This document shows positions 52,046 through 64,000 of a DNA stretch of 64,000 bases, in pieces; position 1 is the first letter of the stretch; every line of letters starts with the position of its first letter. The notes under the pieces were generated by a model, which was given only the letters and a program-made list of their open reading frames with translations, made no database searches and was not told the DNA's origin. The stretch is taken from contig NC_057719.1 in NCBI RefSeq assembly GCF_004010195.1, positions 60,225,051 to 60,289,050 on the forward strand, in the 5' to 3' direction. Source of the DNA: Chiloscyllium plagiosum (lineage: Eukaryota). The position numbers were made by a program, and so were the translations under genes.

Positions 52046-52197
52046 CAGAGGAACCTCGATTATCCAAATATCAGATTATCTGGCAAAATCCTGATGTCTT
52101 AGCTAAACTATGTTATCCGGCATTCAATTATCCGGAATTTGATTAACCGAACAATATACTGCCCGCCAGTGTCCTTCAGATAATCAAGGTTCCTCTG
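52046..52197. mobile_element. 152-bp MITE inserted in CR1
   Basis: TIRs cagaggaacctcgattatc / gataatcaaggttcctctg followed by TA; internal attatcc repeats. Confidence 0.8.
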
Positions 52198-53269
52198 TAT
52201 TCTTAAGGCAGAAGTAGATGGATTTTTGTTAAAAAAAGGGATTGAATGTTTTTCAGAGTTGGGTGGGAATGTAGACTCAAGGTTACAATCTGTTCCGCCA
52301 TGAAGTAATTCAATGAAGGATCAGGTTCAAGTGGTAAAATGGCATACTCCTGCTCCTGATTCATTCGTTCGAATCCAACTCTCCCTACTCATCCTGGCAA
52401 AGCGTGTGGGACATTAATATCAAGGCATTTATTACTGACTGCGTCAAATGTGGTATTCTAAAGAAATGTAAGAAAAAAAACTTCCATTTTGATTTACAGA
52501 TGGAAAATGCAGAGCCCTGGTATGGAGATGAGCCCTGGTAAGAAAGATGTCAGGTTCAATAACTGATTTGTACTGCGTTAACAGCTCTCAATTCATTCAT
52601 AGTGTGTGGATGAATGGGGTTTCATGGCTCTATCGCTGGTCCATGCTATTCAAGAAAGGAAAGACAAAATTTGTCTGCAGTCTCACGCATAACTTGTAGA
52701 AAATTGTCAAAACTGTGGGACATCAGGTGAGAGGGAAACAGTGTTAGCTGTTATGCTCCCATTTCGCAACAGCATTTCAACAGTTAACAAGTTAGTCTCA
52801 TTAAGTCTGATGAAGAGTCATTGACATGGAGTATTAGAAGATGGTAAACATCCAGGGGCCTGTACTCCTGCATGATTCAATACCTTTAGAAAAGATGAGA
52901 GGAAATGAATCTGGGAAATACGTAAAATATAAAAGTAAGATTACCTGAGTTAACTGTAACAAAACAATTTAAAATAAAACTAACGACTGTCACAGTATTA
53001 TGGACAAAAGTTGAAGGAATAATTTTGAAATTGTTATCTTTGACAATAGTCGGCATCATAAATTTTGCAAGGAGCTGATGCAGTACCTTTAATTGCCAGT
53101 AGATAGCTTCAGAACCCTGAAAATAATTACTGTTGTCCAGCTGTTTAACATTTCTGCACAAATTAACAAAAATAAAGAGCTTTATTAAACTGAACTATGT
53201 GGTATAGTGTGCAGATCACAAAGTGATCCAAGGATTATTATTATGCAACCCATTGTAGGTTGTTTATTT

Positions 53270-53645
53270 TAAAATTCATTCACTGGATGCAAGTGTCACT
53301 GACAACCATTTGATGCCCATCTTTAATTACCCTTGAAATGTGTGGGTTTCCACAACATTTCATAGGGCAGTTAAAAGCCAGCTGCATAATGATGGATTGA
53401 GTTAGATGTAGGCCAGATCAGATCAGGATGGCAGATTTCCTTTCCTAAAAGACATTTGGTGAATCAGATTTTTTTATGACATTTGATGATAGTTTCACAG
53501 TCACCATCACTGATACTAACTTTCTATTCCAGAAATTAGTATTGAATTCAAATTCTGGTGGTATTTGGACCCATGTCCCCCCAGACTATTAACCACAGCC
53601 GCTGAATTCAAATCTTGTGACATTATTACAATATCACCATCTCCC
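53270..53645 (-). mobile_element. tRNA-derived shark SINE (18230 family)
   Basis: Reverse-strand match over tail, body (ggatggcagatttcctttcctaaaagacatt) and head. Confidence 0.7.
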
Positions 53646-54340
53646 CAAGATGCATTGTAAAAATAAATAAGGTTCAGGATTGCATTTGTAAAAAAACTGG
53701 ATGACACAAATAAAGTGGTTGTACTGTTAGGTAGAAGATATTGTTCAGACCTTAGGTTATGTAGCTCTGATTATCTAATTCTAGACAGAATTAATAAATT
53801 CAGCATGTCAAAGTGATTGCATGAAATGAGAAGTTAAGGAATTTGGGATATCTTCTTTGGCAAAGGGAAAACTTTGAGGTGACAAAATATGGGCTTTTAA
53901 AACTTGAGAAAAAAAATCACAATATTGATTCTGTTGATGACCCTGCCCGAGTGCACACTTTCTTTTTTGAAACAAACAATAAGAAAGAAATACGTTTTTT
54001 TAATGCAAAAATGTTGTGGAATAATTAAATACGGTAGACCATATAACGAGATGCTATAAATAGGGACAATTGTATGAGCTTATGAGAATAGAAGAGGCTG
54101 AAGGATTATAGTGGGAAATTGTTTTTGGGAAAATGATTAGCGAAAAATAGCTTGGTTTCTAAAGACTGTTATGTTCTTCTCACAGCTGACAGAATCTACT
54201 GAGATGTTTAAGAAAATAGTTTTCTAAAATAAATAAATTAGGGGAATGTTTTACATGTATATCATACGTGTGCCTATCAGTAACCACTTAACAAACAATT
54301 TAAAATGATTGCTTCTTTCATTTAACATAAAATGACCCAT

Positions 54341-54435
54341 GGGCTCTTGTAGCGCTTTGAGCCAAAGGTCCAATTGTAGTCCCACCTGCTCCAGAGTTGC
54401 GATATACCGCTTCTGAACAGGTTGATTAAAAAAAC
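54341..54435 (+). mobile_element. Short tRNA-like SINE, decayed
   Basis: tgagccaaagg...cccacctgctccagag...tctgaacaggttgattaaaaaaa; flanking gacccatg repeated on both sides. Confidence 0.6.
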
Positions 54436-55922
54436 TCTCTAAAGACCCATGTCACTTTATGGTTAAAAGCACACACAAGTCTAGCAAATGTTTATTTTCT
54501 CTTCAACAAAGGTACCCTATTTTATCCGCTGTAGCAAACATATCATAGATTTTACTGTAACTTCACAGTTGCTGGGTTCAAACCTTACATAACCAATCAC
54601 ATGCAACAGTGACCACATGACATGTAGTCTTTAACCTACAGCTTTTTCATCCAATTTGCATTCATAAAATGATTTTACATAAATTATTCACAAACAATGA
54701 AATACATTTACAAATTTCTGAGAGGCGAAAGAAAAGGAACTAGAACAATTAGCTTGGAAGGGCAGAAGTGTAGACTTTCTCCCTGCGGCCTTTGTCTAGT
54801 TTATCAAGCTCACAAAGCCCCTTTAGATCATTTTAATCCACTGTGGCTAAGTAGTTGAATATGTGATTCAGATTGCTTCTGAAAATTCTGCGCTACCAAT
54901 CAGCTTCCTGACACCACTCTTCTCTTCAACCTTCAGACACAGTGACAGCAAAGACCAAAAGCCAACTCACAAAGGAGCAACAAAATGGCAAACTCAGAGC
55001 ACTCTGTATTTAACCCCTCAGAAGAATGATTTTCTTGACATTTCCTGAGAAATCCAACCTTCCACTACAAAATATCAGCCCTGCTCTGCTTATCATTGCT
55101 ATTTTGTTCCATCAAGCACAAGGATTCCCTCCCTTTGGAACAAACATAGTATTTAAGTTTCAAACAAAATGATTTTATCCATAGGCATAAAATACAACAC
55201 ATCATAGCAAAAAGAAAACATGAAAGAAAAAGGGCAGTACAGTCCAAAGTATACTGATCACACCCAATCAGATTCTACTTCATGAAGACAGAGAAAAGTG
55301 GAATATTTCGAAAAAACTGTCTTATCGTTTTCAGGAGATTTCAATTAAACAAATAGGCAGGACTGAGTTACACAATGGACAACAGCACTATATTTTCACA
55401 CTTAAGATCTGAGTCTAAATCTAGCTGAGGCCAATGGGCTATAAATCTCTTCTCTATGACAGCTGTTAAGCATCTTAAATGAAATGAATTTGTGCAGTCT
55501 CAACTCAGTTTTTAGTGCTGAGTCCACAACAAAGTACTGCCAATAAATCAGCAGTAATTTGGAAATCTTACTTAGCGTAGCTTTATGGATAGCTGCAGCG
55601 AGAAATAGAAAGGTCACATTCGTTTATTTAGGGGATTATCTTCTGAAATGAGTATGTTGATGGGGCAAAGCAGAAGGGCTTTACCTGCATTTAAATCTGT
55701 GCAATCAAATCTGCATTTCTACCTAACCAGGAAGGAATTAGTGCTGAAACTAGATTTGAAATCAAAACATGGTTCCTTCCCAACTTCAGACCTTCTTCAC
55801 TTTATCAAATGCATAAATCATCAAAAATAAATTAAATGTGGAAGTAAGGAATAATTTAGTTCTAAGTGCTTAAATTTTGCTAGATCAATAATTCCACTAG
55901 CTAAACCTAAGTGGTACAACAA

Positions 55923-56176
55923 ATTAGATTAGATTAGATTCCCTACAGTGTGGAAACAGGCCCTTCAGTGAACAAGTCAACACCGACCCTCCGAAGAGTA
56001 ACCCACCCAGACCCATTTCCCTCGAACTAATGCACCTAACACGATGGGCAATTTAGCATGGCCAATCTATCTGACCTGAACATCTTTGGACTGTGGGAGG
56101 AAACCGGAGCACCCAGAGGAAACCCACGCAGACACGGAGAGAATGTGCAAACTCCACACAGACAGTCGCCCAAGGC
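55923..56176 (-). mobile_element. HE1-type SINE, 5'-truncated
   Basis: Central domain and (attag)n tail as in 939-1248; head missing. Confidence 0.85.
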
Positions 56177-57164
56177 ATGGTATTTCTTGTAATTATAAGG
56201 AGATGATATCACATTCATTCCAATCAAATAAACAAAGAAATGCTCTGCTATCAAACATTTTAAACTTGTTAAATTTCTTGGTATTGATTTCATTAGTTCC
56301 TAACTTGAAGGAAATGAGAGAAATAAATTCCTGTAAAACCTTACAAAAACACCATTGTCCCTGAAGAGTAGAATATCATTTGAAAAAGTTAAAATATTTA
56401 TAATATAACAAAGAAGAGAGTGAAACATAAGGCGTGATATTATTAGAAGACATATGTCTGAAACAGAATGTCGAGGATGGAACAGTCACCTTTGAAGCAG
56501 AAAATTTATACAAGACTTTATGAGAACAAACTGTACCCCCAAAGGTGCTTCACTACAATCTTCATATTGTTTGAGAATTTAAAAAAAGAAGCTATTAATT
56601 TTTCCACAAAACACACTTTCTTCATCCCTTTTAGAGCACTGTCATTTTCTTTAGGTTCAGTTACAATACAAAATGGGGGGATATAGAATTTCTTCCTGTG
56701 TTCACTTAAGTTTGTGACTTGAAAGGAACTTGAAGATGATACTCCTCAAAACATTGATACTCTTATTTTATCTCAGCAGTACAGACAATGGAAGTAACTT
56801 CAGTGAATTGTTGTATTGCATTTTGGATATAATACATGTTAAAGACATTGTGCACTGATGCTTGAAAGGCTGGATGTTGGGCATTTATCTAGAAACCATC
56901 TCTGTCTTGGGTGGTGTATTGTTATTAGAACAATACCCGGAGGCTTAGAGATCCTAAGGGATCAGAAAGTGACCTGTCTTTTTGAAAGAACACCTCGTCT
57001 CTGCTCTGTTCGTAGCCATAGCACTGATATGGTTGACCAAATAAATTTCTGGTTAATTGTGATCCCAAACATGATGATAGAGATTTACTTGAATGTCAAA
57101 GGAAGATGATTGAGCTTTTATTTGGAGCCAATGACGAGCAGATTTATTATGTGAACATTGTTCC

Positions 57165-57245
57165 AAGGGCTGGGATATCTGGTCGGCATGGATGGGTTCG
57201 ACCGAAGGATCTGTTTCCATGCTGTACATCTCTATGACTCTATGT
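57165..57245 (+). mobile_element. CR1/HER1 3' tail fragment
   Basis: ggtcggcatggatgggttcgaccgaaggatctgtttccatgctgtacatctctatgactctatg is the reverse counterpart of the tail at ~37400-37460. Confidence 0.7.
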
Positions 57246-60200
57246 ATATAGTCCAAGTGCTGCCATAAACCAGCATACACACCTGTAATTATACCAAATT
57301 TTGGAAGCCTACAGTTTAACATTATTCTTAAAACATTTAGACTGTGTGCTGGTTCAGATTGGATGGTGAATGTAGGAATGTGTAAATATAGGAAAAGAAC
57401 AATGTTTAGCTCCAAGATATATGGCTAAAAATTAAAAGGCTTACTTTGAAGAGTAACTTGAAATCTTCTATTTATATTGAATGATAAACTGATGGCTGTA
57501 AACCAAAGCAATATGATGCTAAGGACCAAATTAATTGTTGTATCCATGAGGATCAGAATGATATGTTTATTTCTAGATTAGAGGACAATGAAGGGCCATG
57601 ATTTATTTATTTGTTTGGATGGAGACAGTGGAGGGTGGTAGTTATTGTAAAAATCAACCAGTGTATTGTGAAGAGCATGTTGCTGTAATTTGAAGCTTAT
57701 TTTCATGCCAAGCAGGAGAATTGGGGATCTTTACTTCTTTACAGAGCAGCCTCAATATATTTGTTTCTGTATATTAGCGACTGCAGGGCAGTAGCCCACC
57801 AATTATGAAATAATTTCTCAACCTGATTATCTTTTCAAGGACTTGTGAATAACCTGTTTCTTAAAGTAACAAAATTCCAGCACAGAAGTCAAAGAGATCC
57901 TGCAGGAGATATCTATGTTATAGACAAAAATAACCAAGGTGGGACTGTAGATTTCTAGTATTTCAGAGAGTTCAGGAGAGTGTTAGCTTTGGGACCACAG
58001 TTTTAAGAATTGTTGTCTGTGACGTTGGGCCTATGAACTTATTTGCAGCTACGAAAGGTGGAAAATGTGTACATCTAAAAGCAACATAAATTTTCAAAAA
58101 GTAATAATTCCAGAATCATTGATAAATATTTATTAACAACAGGGATGGCCCTAGTCAGAAAAATATTTAAGATTTAAATTTTATAAAAGATTTTGTGACA
58201 TTTTGGGGTAAAGAATTGATAAGCCTGAAGGTTAGTTGAAATTAATTTTAAAATAATTCCAGTGTTTTATATATACCGACATCACATGGACTGTGGCTGT
58301 TCAAAAAGACAACTTATTCCCACTTTCTCAATGCATTTAGGTAATTAATGCTGGTCTTACCAGCAGTGCCCATGACACATATATGAGTAAAAGAAAAATA
58401 TTCTGCGTGACCATAGGTGAGTGAATTATAAAGAGCATTACCAGCCTTGGAGGTCTGGAAGGTAGCTTCAAGTTAAACTGGTGAACTGTGGTGACATGCT
58501 AGGCAAGCCCCAAGCAATACCCTAGCATATCTGAATTGGAATGCCGGTTTTGCATCACTGCAACAAACCTCAGACAGGGAGTGATTGGCAGCCAATCTGG
58601 GGGAATGGGAGACTGGAGTACTAGAAGTGGGGGGGAAAGAATTGAGAGACAATCAGTGGCATGAAGGCATTCAGAGAACGAGTCTTTGGCATCGCAGCAA
58701 ATTGGTTTCGCTTAATTCCATATTTGTTAAAGTAACTTTTTTTTCAAAACTAATCTCATCTTTTTAGAGATAGCCTCTGAATTTCTTAAACATTGCAGTT
58801 TTGATGTACAGAAATTATGCTTTCCTAACAGCTGGCCACACTAATTTTACCACGGGGATCCCAAACAGGCACTGGACCTTATTTGTACATATAAAGGGAG
58901 AAATGGAAAATAGCATTTTTCAGGTGAGCACCCACTTTCATTGCCTTTTCTTCCACAGTCTTTACCAATATAGTGACAGGCACAATTCTACTATGGAATA
59001 TACAGACCATATTAGACTCTTTGACACCTATTTAATGCCTGTGTAATCAGCCTGGTGCCAACCAAATTCTACACCACTCTGTTCAATGTATTAGACTCTG
59101 CATACTGGAATTAGAATTCCACATATGAAAGCGCTGAATCTCTTTGGATTTCAAACTGAGCTACTTTACCTTAGGTGTGAACCTTTAAACTGTAATATTC
59201 CCATGTGATGGAAATCACATCTAAACTTAAATAACCAATTTAAAATCCTCAATATTTCACTGACACTCAACTGATGCAGCATAGTAGCTTTATTTTGTTT
59301 GGATTTGAGGTGTCACTGATGCAACAATGGGAATAAGAGTAGTGAATATTTTATATTCCATAGTTTGGGGAAGGATAGACTGAAACTTGACTTCAGACAA
59401 ATATGTGCACTGAGTCCAAACTGCATCTGTCATTTTTATTTCATGGAGCAATTTCTATTAAAAATGTTATCGATAAAATGAAATGTACACTGGAACTTGT
59501 AATTTTATTTTCATTCTCCACAAAATAAAAGTGCCAGCACTTCCTTGACATGAATACTTCTGAAAATCATATTTAAGTGACAGCAAAGTGTTAGTGTGTG
59601 TACATTTAAAGTACATAGATGAAAATAATTTATATGGTAATTTGAGATTCAGCCAATTTAGGTTTTTATTAACTATCCATAAAATGCTACTGGTATAATA
59701 CTGCAGATTGATTAAGAAACGATTAGTACTGTAAGAAAGATTTAATATGTTAGTGCTATTGTTCTCGTTCTGTTCTGAAACTCCATCACATTCTTCTCTG
59801 TCGGTGTATTGAAATCACTTATCTACTGCTGCTCAGTGAATCTGAATAAAGCTCGCTACAAGAACATGCCAAGCTTAAAACAATCAATAAACTCTCATCT
59901 TCCCTTAACAGTTTAATATTAATCTGGAGTATGGTGCAGAATCTTAAATGCACCATTATTGTCAGCCTGGCCTCCGGTATAGCAGAGTGGACCAAGCAGG
60001 AGGACAATGTGAATGGAAAAAAAAGACTGAACACAGCAGGAGATCAGTGATGATTTGTTAATGAAACTTTTGTGCTGCCTTCTGGTTTGATGAGTTCCCA
60101 TAGTGATCAAATAGAAATATAAATAGGCTTCTGTTGTTGTGGTCAATTTTCTATTTATTGACATGATGAAAACAGACATGACACAATCATAAACCATAAA

Positions 60201-62389
60201 TTTCCTACTTCAGTGCTGCTGAGAATCAATCAATCAGTCACTGAATGCTAACTTTGAAAATCAAATCAGTGAATAATAAATTTATTGAGTTAAAATCTCT
60301 CCATTATTATAATGAGAAATTTCATTAATGGCTTGAAATTCTTTCTTGAAATGGTATTGAAGCCTCATAACTGTTTCAAATAATCTGCATGAAGGTCAAA
60401 AGAAGAATGTATATATTCCACTAAACTCAACAAATTGCTAAATGCATTTGCTAATACCAATAAACATTCTAAAGACTACATAATACTATATTTTCAATTA
60501 GAAGTAATGTCCCGTCTTCATTCTTTTTTTAAATAGACTATAAATGGATTGTCCTTCATCCATCATGTTATGGAATTAGTCACAGAAGGCATATAATGTG
60601 GCTAGATTTTTTAAAAATCTACAACTATAGTAAAAGTCCTTTTTTGTTAATTTATCTGTTGAGCAATAGAAATAATATTGAACTTCTTAAATTAATCTAA
60701 AGGTTTGCACAAAAAAAATTAGCTTTTGCTTTGCAGCTATTACAAAATAAGATTGAAGGGAGTTGGGTAAATGTGCAACATATTCAGCTGATCATAGTAT
60801 TCAAGTTAGACAGCTATAATTGAGCATCCAGCACTGTGTTTTATTATCCAGTTAGGTCTAAAACATTTGAATCTCTGTATGTCATTGCACTGGAATAATT
60901 TCAGATCATCTCCACTTGGCAGCTTCAGAAAGGATAACATTCGGACTTACAACACTACACAGACGCAGGAGCTTTCATGTTTTGAGTCACTTAGTTCAAA
61001 AATGTCATAGTTTAAGGTAGCAATATAAAGCTTTGCTGAATTACTGGCTTTGTGTTCTGCAATGTCATGTCCACTTACATTAAAACTGCAATTGGTTAAA
61101 TGCTATGATGTTTGATAGTCCAACATGAAAACTATCTTAAACTAGACTTGCTGTGGAAAATGCAGATTTTGAACTCCAGCCTTCAAATATGAAAAGCAGA
61201 GCAAAGTTAGAAATGTTTCATGATGATCAATACAGTTATATCAATGTTCAATGAAACATTTGTTAGAAATGACTCCTTAACTATCAAGCCAATCTATACA
61301 AAAGGTGCAGATTATGGAAACTTTTCAAACTAAATTCACACTGTCTGCCTAGTTTAAATCTCAAAAGGTATACTGAACAATTACAAATAAAAAGCATTTT
61401 TAATAATGGTAATGAAATGACGTAAAGATAAAATAAATTCTACTGAGAGTCACTGAGCCCTTTGTCAAAATTAGTTGCATAAGACTAGTGGACATGATCA
61501 ATTACAATTTATAAAATTCTTCATCAATTTTAACATCCTGTGGAGTGAAAATAAACATTCTGTTATGTGAAAAATAATAGATTTGCACTTTGAAGAAGTA
61601 ACACCTCAGATCTTTGAAAAGAACACAAAATAATATAGAGGAAGTTAACTAACTTTGACAAAACTAGGTAGTATTGAGAACCATTGTAACTGCTTCCCAA
61701 AGGTGCAGTTTTGATGCAGTTGTGTCCTATAGCTTGACTGAAACAATAGCTTGAATTTAATTTCATGAACATCACCAAGAAAGTTGGATCCTAAACTGCA
61801 CCTGAGACTGTGCCATTTTGTCAATGTTAAATCACAGCCCAGTGTTTTCATATCCACAGCTCTACTTAGAATATGCCTGAATGTGAAAGAATCTCACAAA
61901 TCTCCATAATACTCAAGTATGGTTGAAACATAATTGTGAAGTTCTTTTGGCAGAAACAGTTGTATCAGCCAGACACTTCTAGAATTGTAACATCAGCTGA
62001 TAAACTTTGATTAGTTGTTATCTCTTCCTACAGACTCTATCTGCTGGTACAAATGTGTATGATAGCTTTAAGTGGACAAACAAAATGTATAGAGTAATAT
62101 TCAATACATTGCATTCCTCCACTTTTTAGCAGATAAGAAACATAGCATGTTTCAGTGGTTTATTTTCAAAAGTATAAACAATAAACTTTCTCTCTTGAGT
62201 AAGATATTATCCGATGTCAGGTGTTGTCTCACTTAATTCATGCTTTTTAAAAAATCTGATATATCCATGTCAGAGTTGGATTCAAAACTTACAAAAGGAG
62301 TTTTCAGTATTTTGGAGACACTTGTGTCATAATTTGCAAATTGTATTTAGCACTCATTATTGATTCTTTTGTATTGATCACAACAAATG

Positions 62390-62790
62390 AGCGTTCATTA
62401 GCAGAGGGATTGAATTTAGCGTTCATTAGCAGAGGGATTGAATTCAAGAGTCGTGAAGTGATGTTGCAACTGTACAGGACTTTGGTTAGGCCACATTTGG
62501 AGTACTGTGTGCAGTTCTGGTCGCCTCACTTTAGGAAAGATGTGGAAGCTTTGGAGAGGGTGCAGAGAAGATTTACCAGGATGTTGCCTGGAATGGAGAA
62601 TAGGTCGTACGAGGATAGGTTGAGAGTGCTAGGCCTTTTCTCGTTGGAACGGCGAAGGATGAGGGGTGATTTGATAGAGGTTTATAAGATGATCAGAGGA
62701 ATAGATAGAGTAGACAGTCAGAAACTTTTTCCCCGGATACAACAGAGTGTTACAAGGGGACATAAACTTAAGGTGAAGGGTGGAAGGTAT
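62390..62790 (+). mobile_element. Young 5'-truncated CR1 LINE (ORF2 C-terminus, open frame) running into a gap
   Basis: LAFISRGIEFKSREVMLQLYRTLVRPHLEYCVQFWSPHFRKDVEALERVQRRFTRMLPG...RGDLIEVYK, with no stops. Confidence 0.93.
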
Positions 62791-63059
62791 NNNNNNNNNN
62801 NNNNNNNNNNNNNNNNNNNNNNNNNNNNNNNNNNNNNNNNNNNNNNNNNNNNNNNNNNNNNNNNNNNNNNNNNNNNNNNNNNNNNNNNNNNNNNNNNNNN
62901 NNNNNNNNNNNNNNNNNNNNNNNNNNNNNNNNNNNNNNNNNNNNNNNNNNNNNNNNNNNNNNNNNNNNNNNNNNNNNNNNNNNNNNNNNNNNNNNNNNNN
63001 NNNNNNNNNNNNNNNNNNNNNNNNNNNNNNNNNNNNNNNNNNNNNNNNNNNNNNNNNNN

Positions 63060-63555
63060 TTCGGTTGTCAGTTTCAGCTGTCCGCTGTAGTGGTTGGTAT
63101 ATTGGGTCCAGGTCGATGTGTTTGTTGATGGAGTTTGTGGATGAATGCCATGCCTCTAGGAATTCCCTGGCTGTTCTCTGTCTGGCTTGCCCTATGATAG
63201 TAGTGTTGTCCCAGTCGTATTCATGTTGCTTGTTGTCTGCGTGTGTGTGAATTTGACTGGGACAACACTACTATCATAGGGCAAGCCAGACAGAGAACAG
63301 CCAGGGAATTCCTAGAGGCATGGCATTCATCCACAAACTCCATCAACAAACACATCGACCTGGACCCAATATACCAACCACTACAGCGGACAGCTGAAAC
63401 TGACAACCGGAAGCGGCAGGGACAGACCACTATAAACACCGGAGGAAACATCAAAGAAGCGCTTCGCAGGAGGCTCCCAAGCACTGATGATGTCGCCTAG
63501 CCAGGGGACGAAACGTTTGCAACAAAAACTTCCAGCTCGGCGAACAGAACCACAA
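63060..63555. mobile_element. Poseidon/Penelope-like element end with inverted duplicate; hammerhead at 63481-63520
   Basis: EFDWDNTTIIGQARQRTAREFLEAWHSSTNSINKHIDLDPIYQPL. Arms 63060-63223 / 63248-63411; the left arm runs into the gap. Confidence 0.88.
63481..63520 (+). ncRNA. Minimal type I hammerhead ribozyme motif (PLE pLTR)
   Basis: gca-CTGATGA-t-gtcgcct(agcc)aggggac-GAAAC-GTT-tgc: stem I gca/tgc, 7-bp stem II with one mismatch, palindromic AACGTT stem III. Confidence 0.72.
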
Positions 63556-64000
63556 GCATTTTATGTCATGGCTCTAGTGGTGTTACTAAAAATTCAATGT
63601 TTCTCCTTGAATTTACTTTAATTCAATCCTGATATACTCAGTTGTGTTCACATACATGTTCATTATTAGCTCTGCATTGCAGCTCAGGAAGACGTGCAGA
63701 GGACTGCATTTGGAGATTTTCCAGTTGACTGAGGAGTAACTCTAAATGCAAAGAAAGTGATGCAACTTTTGCTTTCATGACTAACCCTCAGCTGTATGTA
63801 TCACTTTTCTCAAGGTTTGCATTAATATCTGAGCTTCTCTATTAGTTCTCGACCAATGGTGTATGATTTTTTGATGAGTTAAAATAAAATAGTTAACAAA
63901 TTTACTGAACTCATCAGTGTTTTTGAATTGGGTGCAATGTTACTTCTTGGCATTTGAGGGATTCCAAACAAGATGAAAATCTGTCAAACCTTGTGATGAC

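Larger units (their letters stand above)
51080..52370 (+). mobile_element. Decayed CR1 LINE 3' part
   Basis: GLYSLEFLRLRGNLVETYKILKGLD..VERL; gccaaatttggtgctgacacaaagataggtgg (AKF.DDTK-like). Confidence 0.85.

Noticed and set aside
1..64000. Additional NPAS3 exons (SLDGFVFALNQEG... upstream; ...RSFFIRMKSTLTKRG downstream)
   Set aside because: Not seen by eye or in the ORF track and probably outside the window, though short exons below the ORF cutoff could be missed; TBLASTN would settle it.

Overview
Eukaryotic, AT-rich, repeat-dense vertebrate DNA. It is almost certainly shark: HE1-type SINEs and HER1/CR1 LINEs are present, and a carpet/bamboo shark is my inference. The window lies inside the NPAS3 gene (bHLH-PAS transcription factor, minus strand). 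I can see only one 175-bp coding exon (27358-27532), so the rest is intron. The introns hold decayed CR1/L2-clade LINEs, several tRNA-derived SINE families, two related Gypsy LTR elements, two MITEs and many Penelope-like elements (PLEs; Neptune- and Poseidon-like). Two assembly gaps lie at 22304-22875 and 62791-63059. The most striking structure is a set of PLE termini carrying minimal type I hammerhead-ribozyme motifs (CTGANGA-stem II-GAAA). Several are very short (125-420 bp), TSD-flanked insertions that start at the ribozyme and/or form head-to-head palindromes, from at least four sequence families. Several repeat-free blocks look like candidate conserved non-coding enhancers, but this cannot be confirmed without alignments. 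All family names come from recognition by eye, not from database searches, and repeat boundaries are approximate unless TSDs are quoted.
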